NCBI GenBank assembly: GCA_035760905.1
Contig: DASTSC010000150.1
Coordinates: 1-60,723, forward strand
DNA length: 60,723 bases
Direction of reading: 5' to 3'
From: Candidatus Limnocylindrales bacterium
GTDB taxonomy: Bacteria > Chloroflexota > Limnocylindria > Limnocylindrales > CSP1-4
Under the pieces are notes generated by a model that did no database searches, was not told where the DNA came from, and was given only the letters and a program-made list of their open reading frames with translations. Below are positions 20,018 through 28,266 of this stretch, piece after piece. How positions within the stretch are numbered: the first letter of the stretch is position 1; every line of letters begins with the position of its first letter. The translations under genes were made by a program, and so were the position numbers.

Positions 20018-20998
20018 TCAGCCGATCTCGTCCTCCTCGAGGTAGCGCTCGAACGAGCCGCCGGTGATCCGCTCGAACGCCTCGACGTATCGGCCGCGGG
20101 TCCCGGCGACGACGTCGGCCGGCAGGTCCGGTCCCGGCGCCCGCTTGTTCCAGCCCGAGGCCTCGAGCCAGTCCCGGACGTACTGCTTGTCGAAGCTCGG
20201 CTGCGGGCCGCCCGGCGAGTAGGCCGTGGCGTCCCAGAAGCGCGACGAATCGGGCGTCAGCAGCTCGTCGACGAGGAGGAGGTCGTCCGGGCCGGCCCAC
20301 GTGCCGAACTCGAACTTCGTGTCGGCGAGGATGATCCCTGCCCGCTCGCAGACCTCGGCTCCGTGGCGGTAGAGGCGGAGCGCGACGTCCCGGATCCGCT
20401 CCGCCAGCCGCTGGCCGACGATCCGCTCGAAGGCGACCGCGTCGATCGTCTCGTCGTGCTCGCCGAGCTCGGCCTTCGTCGACGGCGTCACGATGGGTTT
20501 CGGCAGCCGGTCCGCCTCCCGCAATCCCGGCGGGAGCCGGATCCCCGCGATCTCACCGCTCGTCCGGTAGTCCTTCCAGCCCGATCCGGCGAGGTAGCCC
20601 CGGACGATCACCTCGACCGGCAGGACGTCGACGCGCTGGCAGACGAGGACGCGCCCCCGCAGCTCGCGCCGGATCTCGTCCGCGGTCCGCTCGCCGTCCG
20701 ACCCGCCGCCCTCGCCCGCCGCCCAGACCGAGCGCATCCCACCGAAGGTCGCCGGCAGGTCGGCCGGGTCGATATCGTCGAGATCCGTCCCGACGAGGTG
20801 GTTCGCGACGATCCCGGCCGTCTCGCGGAACCAGAACCGGGACAGCCCCGTGAGCACGCGGCCCTTGTCGGGGATCGGTGTCGGGAGCACGACGTCGAAG
20901 GCGCTGATCCGGTCCGAGGCCACGAGCAGCAGGCGGTCGGCGCCGACGGCGTAGAGGTCGCGGACCTTCCCGGAGCGGACGAACGCGTCAGCCGGCAC
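20018..20998 (-). CDS. purC: SAICAR synthetase
   Basis: Lies in ORF 20018..21214. I prefer GTG at 20998 because GGAGG lies 6 nt upstream; this start overlaps the end of purB by 11 nt. The protein contains SGKVRDLY, LLVASDRISAFD and ILADTKFEFG. The start is uncertain, with an alternative ATG about 40 nt upstream. Confidence 0.85.
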   Translation of the reverse strand: MPADAFVRSGKVRDLYAVGADRLLLVASDRISAFDVVLPTPIPDKGRVLTGLSRFWFRETAGIVANHLVGTDLDDIDPADLPATFGGMRSVWAAGEGGGSDGERTADEIRRELRGRVLVCQRVDVLPVEVIVRGYLAGSGWKDYRTSGEIAGIRLPPGLREADRLPKPIVTPSTKAELGEHDETIDAVAFERIVGQRLAERIRDVALRLYRHGAEVCERAGIILADTKFEFGTWAGPDDLLLVDELLTPDSSRFWDATAYSPGGPQPSFDKQYVRDWLEASGWNKRAPGPDLPADVVAGTRGRYVEAFERITGGSFERYLEEDEIG

Positions 20999-22325
20999 GG
21001 GTGGCCTCCGTCGTCGGTCCGGGGACTTCAAGCGCATCGAGGCGGGCGATGATCGCAGGCACGTGGCGGACGAAGGCCGCGTCGTCGAAACAGGCATCGA
21101 GACGCTCGAGCGGCAGCGCCTGGGCGACCGCCGGCTCGACCGCCAGGGCGTCCCGCAGCGGAAGCCGCTCGTCGGCGGCCCGGATCGAGGACCGCTGGAC
21201 GACGGCGTACGCATCCTCGCGCGAGAGCCCGCCCTCGTCGACGAGCGCCAGCAGGATCCGCGAGCTCGCGTGGAGGCCGAGCGACGCCGCGAGGTTCGCC
21301 CGCATCCGCTCGCGCCGGACGACGAGCCCGGCGACCAGTCCGGCGGCTTTGACGAGCATGTAGTCCAGGAGGATCGTGGCGTCGGGGAGGATCACCCGCT
21401 CGGCGCTGCTGTGGCTGATGTCGCGTTCGTGCCAGAGCGGCTGGTTCTCGAGCGCCGTGGCGGCGAAACCGCGCAGGAGGCGGGCGAGGCCTGCGATCCG
21501 CTCCGACAGGATCGGGTTGCGCTTGTGGGGCATCGCCGACGAGCCCTTCTGGCCGGCCCGGAACGGCTCCATGACCTCGCCGATCTCGGTGTGCTGGAGG
21601 TTCCGGATCTCGGTCGCGATCCGCTCGAGCGTGCCGCCGGTCACGGCGATCGCGGCCACGAACGCCGCGTGCCGGTCGCGCTGCACGATCTGGGTGCTGA
21701 CCGGGTCGGCGTGAAGCGCGAGCGCTCCGAGGACCTCGGCCTCGACGTCGGGGTCGAGATGGCTGTACGTGCCGACCGGGCCCGAGAGCTTGCCCGTCGC
21801 CACCTCGTCCGTCGCCCGCGCCAGCCGCGCCCGGTCCCGCGCGACCTCGAACGCCCAGCCGGCCACCTTCGCCCCGAACGTCGTCGGCTCGGCGTGGACC
21901 GAGTGGGTCCGACCGATCATGAGCGTGTCCGCCTCCGCCCGGGCGCGCTCGACGAGCGCCGCGACGAGCGCGTCGCAGTCGGCGACGAGCCGCTCGCCGG
22001 CGGCCCGCAGCTGGAGGGCGAGGGCGGTGTCGACGACGTCGCTGCTCGTGAGCCCGAGATGGAGGTATCGGCCGTCGGGCCCGACGGTCTCCGCGACCTG
22101 GCTGACGAAGGCGATGACGTCGTGGTCGGTCGTGCGCTCGAGCTCGCCGATCCGGCCGACGTCGACCCGGGCCCGGGCTTCGATCGCGGCGAGCGCCGCT
22201 GCCGGGATCGTTCCCCGCGCGGCCTGGGCGCGGGCCACCGCCAGCTCGACCTCGAGCATCAGCCCGAACCGCGCCTCGTCAGTCCAGAGCGCGCCCATCT
22301 CGGGCAGCGTGTAGCGCGGGATCAC
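20988..22325 (-). CDS. purB: Adenylosuccinate lyase
   Basis: 445-aa ORF with GTG at 22325 overlapping the purD stop. It contains the fumarate-lyase signature GSSAMPHKRNP. Confidence 0.9.
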   Translation of the reverse strand: MIPRYTLPEMGALWTDEARFGLMLEVELAVARAQAARGTIPAAALAAIEARARVDVGRIGELERTTDHDVIAFVSQVAETVGPDGRYLHLGLTSSDVVDTALALQLRAAGERLVADCDALVAALVERARAEADTLMIGRTHSVHAEPTTFGAKVAGWAFEVARDRARLARATDEVATGKLSGPVGTYSHLDPDVEAEVLGALALHADPVSTQIVQRDRHAAFVAAIAVTGGTLERIATEIRNLQHTEIGEVMEPFRAGQKGSSAMPHKRNPILSERIAGLARLLRGFAATALENQPLWHERDISHSSAERVILPDATILLDYMLVKAAGLVAGLVVRRERMRANLAASLGLHASSRILLALVDEGGLSREDAYAVVQRSSIRAADERLPLRDALAVEPAVAQALPLERLDACFDDAAFVRHVPAIIARLDALEVPGPTTEATRAG

Positions 22326-23650
22326 GCGCTCGCCCCCGCCAGCGTGGCGGCCTCGCCGGCGATGTCGTGGCGGCGCTCGCTGCCGGGCCAGGCGACCCGG
22401 TCGGCCGCTCGTTCGGCGGCGCCGCGCGCCGCGCCGAGGTCCGCGCCCCGGCCGACGACCGTCAGGACGCGACCGCCGGTCGCTCGGAACCGACCGTCGG
22501 GCCCACGGGCCGATCCCGCGTGGAAGACGAGGACGTCGGGCTCGTCCGACAGCCGACCCGCGTCGTCGAGGGCGGTGATCTCCGCGCCCGGCTCGATCTG
22601 ATTCGGATAGCCCTTCGAGGCGAGGACGATCCCAACGGTCGCGGTCGGCAGCGCCGGGACGAGCGAGCCGTAGGCGCGGCGGGCATCGGCGAGCGACCCG
22701 CGGGCCGCGGCGAGCAGGAGCGGCCCGAGCGCCACGGCGAGGCGGGGCACGATCACCTGGGTCTCGGGGTCGCCGAAGCGGGCGTTGAACTCGAGCAGCC
22801 GCGGCCCGCGGTCCGTGAGCATGAGCCCCGCGTAGAGTGCACCGCGGAACGGCGTCCCTCGACGGGCGAGCTCGGCCAGCGCCGGTCGATGGAACCGCTC
22901 GACGATCTCGTCGGCAGCGTCGTCGGGCAGGTCCGGGAGCGGCGAGTAGGCGCCCATCCCGCCGGTGTTCGGGCCCGTGTCGCCGTCGCCGAGGCGCTTG
23001 TGATCACGGGAGATCGGCAGGGCGATCGCGTCGGCGCCGTCGGAGAGGGCGATGACGCTCGCCTCGCGTCCGACCAGCCGCTCCTCGACGACGACCCGCC
23101 CGTCGAGCGCGTCGACCGCGACCTCCGCCTCGTCGGCAGACGTGCAGACGGTTACGCCCTTCCCGGCCGCGAGCCCGTCGGCCTTGATCACCGCCCCGCC
23201 GGTCCGATCGACGAGCTGCCGCGCGAACGAGATCGCGGCGCCGCGTTCGTCCGCCCCGAAGGCTCGGCCCTCGGCCATCGGGATTCCGGCGGCGCCGGCG
23301 ACCTCGCGGCAGAACCCCTTCGAGGTCTCGATCCGGGCGGCCGCAGCGCTCGGGCCGAAGACCGGGACCCCGGCCGCGGTCAGGGCGTCGGCGACCCCGG
23401 TGGCGAGCGGCGCCTCGGGCCCGACGACGACGACCTCGACGGCCTGCGCGCGCGCGAGCGCCACGACGGCCTCGGGATCGAGAGGCTCGAGACGGACCGT
23501 GCGGACGCGGGGCTCGTTCGCCATCACGTCCCGGCCCGGCGCGACGATCACCGCGTTGACCCCGGGCTCCGCCGCGAGCTTCCACGCGAGCGCGTGCTCC
23601 CGCGCGCCGTTGCCGACGACGAGGAGGCGCGTCGGCATGATCAGGCTCAT
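22322..23650 (-). CDS. purD: Phosphoribosylamine-glycine ligase (GAR synthetase)
   Basis: Lies in ORF 22322..24928. ATG at 23650 overlaps the purA stop (ATGA). The protein contains LLVVGNGAREHALAW, DGLAAGKGV, GPNTGGMGAYSP and LEFNARFGDPE. Confidence 0.9.
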   Translation of the reverse strand: MSLIMPTRLLVVGNGAREHALAWKLAAEPGVNAVIVAPGRDVMANEPRVRTVRLEPLDPEAVVALARAQAVEVVVVGPEAPLATGVADALTAAGVPVFGPSAAAARIETSKGFCREVAGAAGIPMAEGRAFGADERGAAISFARQLVDRTGGAVIKADGLAAGKGVTVCTSADEAEVAVDALDGRVVVEERLVGREASVIALSDGADAIALPISRDHKRLGDGDTGPNTGGMGAYSPLPDLPDDAADEIVERFHRPALAELARRGTPFRGALYAGLMLTDRGPRLLEFNARFGDPETQVIVPRLAVALGPLLLAAARGSLADARRAYGSLVPALPTATVGIVLASKGYPNQIEPGAEITALDDAGRLSDEPDVLVFHAGSARGPDGRFRATGGRVLTVVGRGADLGAARGAAERAADRVAWPGSERRHDIAGEAATLAGASA

Positions 23651-24957
23651 GCCGGCAGCGGCGGCCGGTGGCGGACGGGCCGCCAGGCGCGTTCGATCGT
23701 CTGGGTACGCTCCGGCCCGACCGAGACGAGGACGATCGGAGCCCCCGCGAGATCCTCGAGCGCGGTCACGTAACGGCGGGCCGCCTCGGGCAGGTCCGCG
23801 AGCGCGCGAACGCCGTGGATCTCGTCCGGCCAGCCCTCGAACGCCTCGTAGACCGGGACGGCCCGTCGGAGCTCCTCCGCCGACGAGGGCCACGTCTCGA
23901 CACGCCGGCCGTCGAGCTCGTAGGCGACGCACAGCCGGAGCTCCTCGATCCCCGAGAGGATGTCGAGCTTGTTGAGCATGATCGAGCTGACGCTGTTGAC
24001 GCGGACCGCGTAGCGGATCGGGACGGCGTCGAACCAGCCGACACGCCGCCGTCGGCCGGTGGTGGTCCCGACCTCGTGACCGCGCGTCGCGATCGCCTCG
24101 CCCGTTCCGTCGTCGAGCTCGGTCGGAAACGGACCGGCACCGACTCGCGTGGCGTAGGCCTTCATCACGCCCATGACCTCGTCGACCTGGAGAGGTCCGA
24201 TCCCGCCGCCGGTGCAGGCGCCGCCGGCCACGGGCGACGACGAGGTCACGAACGGGTACGAGCCGTGGTCGAGGTCGAGGAGCGTCCCCTGCGCGCCCTC
24301 GAACAGCACGTGGTCGCCGCGGATGAGCGCCTCCTGGACGAGCCAGGTCGCGTCGGCGAGATATGGCCGGAGCCGCTCGCCCCAGGCCGCCACCTGGGCG
24401 CAGAGCGCGTCCGCGTCGAACCGCGCGTCCGAGCCGAGCGCGGCGAGGAGGGCGTGCTTCTCGGGCAGGACGCGGGCGAGCTTGGCGGCCACGACCGCCG
24501 GCTCGAACAGGTCGGCCATCCTGATCCCGGACCGGGCCGCGCGATCCTCGTAGGCCGGGCCGATCCCTCGCCCGGTCGTGCCGACCTTGCCCTCGCCGAG
24601 GGCCGCCTCGCGCGCGGCGTCGAGGGCGCGGTGGTACGGCAGGATCGCGTGCGCGCCGAGGCTGACCCGGAGCCGGCTCGTGTCGATCCCGCGGGCGGCC
24701 AGCGCGTCGAGCTCGTCGATGAGCGTCGCGGGGTTGACGACGACACCCGGGCCGATGACCGGGACGATGTGCGGGTAGAGGATCCCGGACGGGACGAGGT
24801 GGAGCTTGAAGACCTCGTCGCCGATGACGACCGTGTGGCCGGCGTTGTCGCCGCCCTGGTAGCGGACGACCATCGCGACCTGCTCCGCGAGAAAATCGGT
24901 CGTCTTGCCCTTGCCCTCGTCGCCCCACTGGAGCCCGACGATCACGGTCGCCGGCAT
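23647..24957 (-). CDS. purA: Adenylosuccinate synthetase
   Basis: Lies in ORF 23647..25017. I prefer ATG at 24957 (MPATVIVGLQWGDEGKGK), the usual AdSS N-terminus. The track's GTG at 25017 lies inside the upstream terminator hairpin. GHTV and TTGRRRR motifs are present. Confidence 0.9.
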   Translation of the reverse strand: MPATVIVGLQWGDEGKGKTTDFLAEQVAMVVRYQGGDNAGHTVVIGDEVFKLHLVPSGILYPHIVPVIGPGVVVNPATLIDELDALAARGIDTSRLRVSLGAHAILPYHRALDAAREAALGEGKVGTTGRGIGPAYEDRAARSGIRMADLFEPAVVAAKLARVLPEKHALLAALGSDARFDADALCAQVAAWGERLRPYLADATWLVQEALIRGDHVLFEGAQGTLLDLDHGSYPFVTSSSPVAGGACTGGGIGPLQVDEVMGVMKAYATRVGAGPFPTELDDGTGEAIATRGHEVGTTTGRRRRVGWFDAVPIRYAVRVNSVSSIMLNKLDILSGIEELRLCVAYELDGRRVETWPSSAEELRRAVPVYEAFEGWPDEIHGVRALADLPEAARRYVTALEDLAGAPIVLVSVGPERTQTIERAWRPVRHRPPLPA

Positions 24958-24973
24958 CTCAGGGTCGCCCGCC

Positions 24974-25008
24974 AAAGAAAAAGGCCCTGGGCTCCGCGGC
25001 CCGGGACC
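24974..25008 (-). terminator. Rho-independent terminator-like hairpin with a U-tract, 16 nt upstream of the purA start codon
   Basis: The minus-strand RNA reads GGUCCCGGGC-CGCGGA-GCCCAGGGCC, a 10-bp stem with one C.A mismatch, followed by UUUUUCUUU. This is the most conspicuous T-run in this GC-rich window. Confidence 0.6.
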
Positions 25009-25325
25009 TGGATACACTCCGCCGCCGTCGCGCCGCCTCGCGGCGCCGGATCGGTCCGAAGGTGCTCGTTCGTCTCACGGGGCGAACGTCGCGCCTCCCT
25101 CGAGCAACGGCTCCACCTCAGGCTGGGTCGGGTCGAGGACGCGAGCGAGTATACCGGCCGCCGGACCCCCGGGACGTCGGGCCGCGACAGGCCGCGGGCG
25201 GCTCGCGTGCGGCGGGCGGCTCGCGCGCCGCGGCCGTGGCTTCCCGGCACCGGGACTTCCGGGCGCCGTAGGTAGGGACCTTCGGTGGCGTCCGTCGGAC
25301 GGTCTCCGCTGGCTAGGCTCCGGTC

Positions 25326-27002
25326 GTGATCCGACTGCTCGGGGCTCTGGGTGCGCTCGCCCCGGTCGTGCTCGGATTCGTCCTCCTCTCCTCGCCCTCG
25401 ACGCTCCTCTCGATCGTCGACGACGGCACGCGGTCGGTCGCCGCGGCCCTCGTCGCCGGCTCGATCGGCGTGTCGCTCACGGCCCTCGTCGTGTTCGCCT
25501 ACCTCCGCTTCCGGGTGGTCCGGGTCGTCCGGGCGGTCGAGCGGCTCGCGGCCGGCGAGCGCGAGGCCGGCGTGCCGCCCGTGGGACACGGCATCGAGGG
25601 CCGCCTGGCGCGCGCGGTCTCGGACCTCGCCCTGCAGCTCTCGCAGACGCGCGAGTCGGCCACGGTCGACCGGCTGACCGGCGTCGCGAACCGCCAGACG
25701 CTCATCGGCGCCCTCTGGGCGGAGGTCGAGCGGGCGAACCGCTACAACCGGCCGTTCAGCCTCGCCTTCGTCGACATCGACCACTTCAAGCAGGTCAACG
25801 ACACGTACGGCCACGCCGCCGGCGACGTGATCCTCCGCGGTATCGCCCAGACGATCCAGGCGAACCTCCGCCAGAACGACCTCATCGGCCGGTACGGTGG
25901 CGAGGAGTTCCTCCTGCTCCTGCCCGAGACGAACGCCGAGGATGCGGCCGCGCTCTGCGAGAAGCTGCGTCACCTCGTCGGCCGACTCCGGTTCGCGGTC
26001 GAGGGCAACCCGGCGCTCACGACGACGATCTCGATCGGCGTCGCCGGCGGCTTCGGGCGCGTCCTCCACGTCGACGCGCTCGTCCGCGATGCCGATGCCG
26101 CGATGTACTCGGCGAAGGCCCTCGGCCGGAACCAGACCTACGTCTTCGCGGAGCCGGACGAGGACGCCCGCGTGCCCCGCGCCCCGATCTCGCCGTACGG
26201 CCGGGCCCGGGCGACCGAGATCGGCCGCGCGGCGCGGGAGGCAGCCGAGGCGGCGCTCACCGCGGTCATCGCGCCGCTCCCCCATCATCGCGGCCGTCCG
26301 TCGCCGACGGTCGCCTCGATCGTCGTCGCGATGGCCAGTCAGCTCGACCTGCCCGATCAGGAGGTCGAGCGGATCCGTCTCGCCGGCGTCCTCCACGACA
26401 TCGGCAAGGTCGCCGTGCCGGAGGAGATCCTCCAGAAGCCCGCCTCGCTCACCTCGGCCGAGTGGCGAACCGTCGTCCAGCACCCCCGGATCGCCCAGGT
26501 GATCCTCGAGCAGGCGACGCTCATCCGCGACGCGGTCCCGATCATCCTTCACCACCACGAGCGCTACTCGGGGCACGGCTACCCGTTCGGCCTGCGGGGT
26601 CGCGACATCCCGCTCGGGTCGCGGATCGTCGCGATCGCCGACGCCTACGAGGCCATGACCCACGACCGGCCGTACAAGCGGGCGATGACCCACGCCGCGG
26701 CGATCGCCGAGCTCCGCCGCCACGCCGGGACCCAGTTCGATCCCGAGCTCGTCAACCTCTTCTGCGAGCTCTACGCCGACGCGCCACCCCAGCCCGACGG
26801 GGCCCTGCCGCCGATCGAGGCAGTCGCTCGGCGAGGGGCCGGCCCGGAGCCCGCCCAGCGCTCCTCGACGCTGCGCGAGCCCTCCTCGGCGGGCGCGATC
26901 GATCGCGCCGCCGGGAGCCCTCCGCCCTCGGTCGGGTCGGCAGTCCAGCGGCGACGCCGTGCCCGGACGGACGCGATCTCCGGAGAGAGCGCCGCGGGCT
27001 GA
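25326..27002 (+). CDS. Membrane-anchored GGDEF diguanylate cyclase fused to an HD-GYP phosphodiesterase domain
   Basis: 558-aa ORF with a GTG start. It has two N-terminal hydrophobic spans. The I-site RQND lies 5 aa before GGEEF. The HD-GYP domain shows HDIGK and HHERYSGHGYP. Confidence 0.85.
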   Translation: MIRLLGALGALAPVVLGFVLLSSPSTLLSIVDDGTRSVAAALVAGSIGVSLTALVVFAYLRFRVVRVVRAVERLAAGEREAGVPPVGHGIEGRLARAVSDLALQLSQTRESATVDRLTGVANRQTLIGALWAEVERANRYNRPFSLAFVDIDHFKQVNDTYGHAAGDVILRGIAQTIQANLRQNDLIGRYGGEEFLLLLPETNAEDAAALCEKLRHLVGRLRFAVEGNPALTTTISIGVAGGFGRVLHVDALVRDADAAMYSAKALGRNQTYVFAEPDEDARVPRAPISPYGRARATEIGRAAREAAEAALTAVIAPLPHHRGRPSPTVASIVVAMASQLDLPDQEVERIRLAGVLHDIGKVAVPEEILQKPASLTSAEWRTVVQHPRIAQVILEQATLIRDAVPIILHHHERYSGHGYPFGLRGRDIPLGSRIVAIADAYEAMTHDRPYKRAMTHAAAIAELRRHAGTQFDPELVNLFCELYADAPPQPDGALPPIEAVARRGAGPEPAQRSSTLREPSSAGAIDRAAGSPPPSVGSAVQRRRRARTDAISGESAAG

Positions 27003-27289
27003 GATGCCGCCGTGCCGCAGGCGGACGCGCGGCCGTCACCGGGGAGCCGGATAAGCGGCCGATGAGCGCTGGTCGAGCCGACGCGAACGCCGCGATGAGG
27101 TCTCGGCGGTAGGGTACGCGTCGCCCGCCGTCCACCTCGCCGGCCTCGCCGTCCGCTCGCCGAACCCGCCTTCCGTCGAAGCAGGTCCGAAGGGTCCCGC
27201 CGAGGCCGGCAGCTTCCTCGACGCCGGCCTTCGTGCCGGCGACCACAGGCCCGTCGGCGCCGCCGGCGGCCGGAAAGGACGAACGGACC

Positions 27290-27739
27290 GTGAACAGGGT
27301 CCTCATCACCGGGCGTCTCACCCGCGACCCGGAGCTGCGCGTGCTCGCCTCGGGCAAGAGCGTCTGCCAGTTCAGCGTGGCGACGAACGAGTACGCCGGC
27401 AACGGCAAGGAGAAGGCCGAGTTCCACTCGATCGTGGCCTGGGACAAGCTCGCCGACATCTGCGGCCGCTACCTCGGCAAGGGCCAGCAGGTCGCGGTCG
27501 AGGGTCGCATCCAGACGCGGACCTGGGACGACGATCGCGGTCAGCGGCACTGGAAGACCGAGATCGTCGCCGCCCAGGTCGAGCTGCTGTCCGGGCGGAA
27601 GAAGAAGGACTACGAGGCCGAGCAGGCGGCCGAGGCGATCGTCGCCCAGGCGGCGAAGCTCGGCGACGAGCCGCTCGACGCGACAGCCGAGGCCGACGCC
27701 GAGCCCGATGACGACGAGGAGGTCGAGGCCGCCGCCTGA
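27290..27739 (+). CDS. ssb: Single-stranded DNA-binding protein (OB fold) with an atypical C-terminus
   Basis: Lies in ORF 27233..27739. I prefer GTG at 27290 (VNRVLITGRLTRDPELR...), which is the normal SSB N-terminus. The OB-fold core continues to ...HWKTEIVA. The acidic tail ends ...EPDDDEEVEAAA. Confidence 0.8.
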   Translation: MNRVLITGRLTRDPELRVLASGKSVCQFSVATNEYAGNGKEKAEFHSIVAWDKLADICGRYLGKGQQVAVEGRIQTRTWDDDRGQRHWKTEIVAAQVELLSGRKKKDYEAEQAAEAIVAQAAKLGDEPLDATAEADAEPDDDEEVEAAA

Positions 27740-27752
27740 CCCGCGTTTCCCC

Positions 27753-27786
27753 GGCGACCCGGTCGACCCCCTCCGGCCGGGTCGCC
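27753..27786. terminator. GC-rich hairpin between the convergent ssb and VOC genes (possible terminator)
   Basis: GGCGACCCGG (27753-27762) pairs with CCGGGTCGCC (27777-27786). No clear U-tract follows. Confidence 0.35.
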
Positions 27787-27838
27787 ATCACGAACCGGCG
27801 TGGCAAGCCGATCGCCTCCGGGCTGCCTCGACCGGCCG

Positions 27839-28243
27839 TCACGAGCCCGGGAGGCGTGCCTCCGGGAGCCTCGGCTCGAAGAGCTCGACGGGATTGCCCG
27901 CCGGATCCTCGACGAGCACCTGCCGCCCGCCGACGCCGACCACGATCTCGTTGCGAAACCGCACTCCGGCCGTCCGGAGCGCGCCGACGATCGCGTCGAG
28001 GTCGTCGACCTCGATCTGGAAGCGGTTCCAGCCGCCGGGCTCCGGTCGGCGTCCGTCCGGCATCGCCTGGCCGCCACCGGGACCCCCGCCGGGGACGCTC
28101 AGGACGAGCCGGAGGTCGCCCCGCCCGAGCATCGCGAAGAAGGCGTTCGGGTGCATCTCCTCGCGGAACCCGAGCCGATCCCGGTAGAACTCGATCGCCG
28201 CGTCGACGTCGTCGACGATGTAGCGAACACTGACCGTCGCCGT
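27839..28243 (-). CDS. VOC (glyoxalase/bleomycin-resistance) family protein with an unresolved start codon
   Basis: ORF 27839..28156 starts at an ATG inside the domain. The same frame stays open upstream and encodes the first beta-alpha unit (TATVSVRYIVDDVDAAIEFYRDRLGFREE-M...). AAAGGAGG lies at 28256-28249. No ATG, GTG or TTG is in frame after it; ACG codons occur at 28243 and 28237. Confidence 0.6.
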   Translation of the reverse strand, partial: TATVSVRYIVDDVDAAIEFYRDRLGFREEMHPNAFFAMLGRGDLRLVLSVPGGGPGGGQAMPDGRRPEPGGWNRFQIEVDDLDAIVGALRTAGVRFRNEIVVGVGGRQVLVEDPAGNPVELFEPRLPEARLPGS

Positions 28244-28266
28244 CGCCGCCTCCTTTCGAGCGGAGG

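Noticed and set aside
24958-25017. The longer purA start (GTG at 25017), which adds MYPGPGPRSPGPFSLAGDPE.
   Set aside because: The extension is Pro/Gly-rich and lies within the terminator hairpin and T-run. Adenylosuccinate synthetases normally begin a few residues before the GxQWGDEGKGK P-loop, which fits ATG 24957.
24958-25160. Assigning the purA leader to a named riboswitch class (purine, ZTP/pfl, or ykkC subtype/PRPP).
   Set aside because: There is no match to the purine or ZTP consensus by eye. The ykkC-like resemblance consists only of scattered short words. I therefore report the region as an unclassified leader or terminator.
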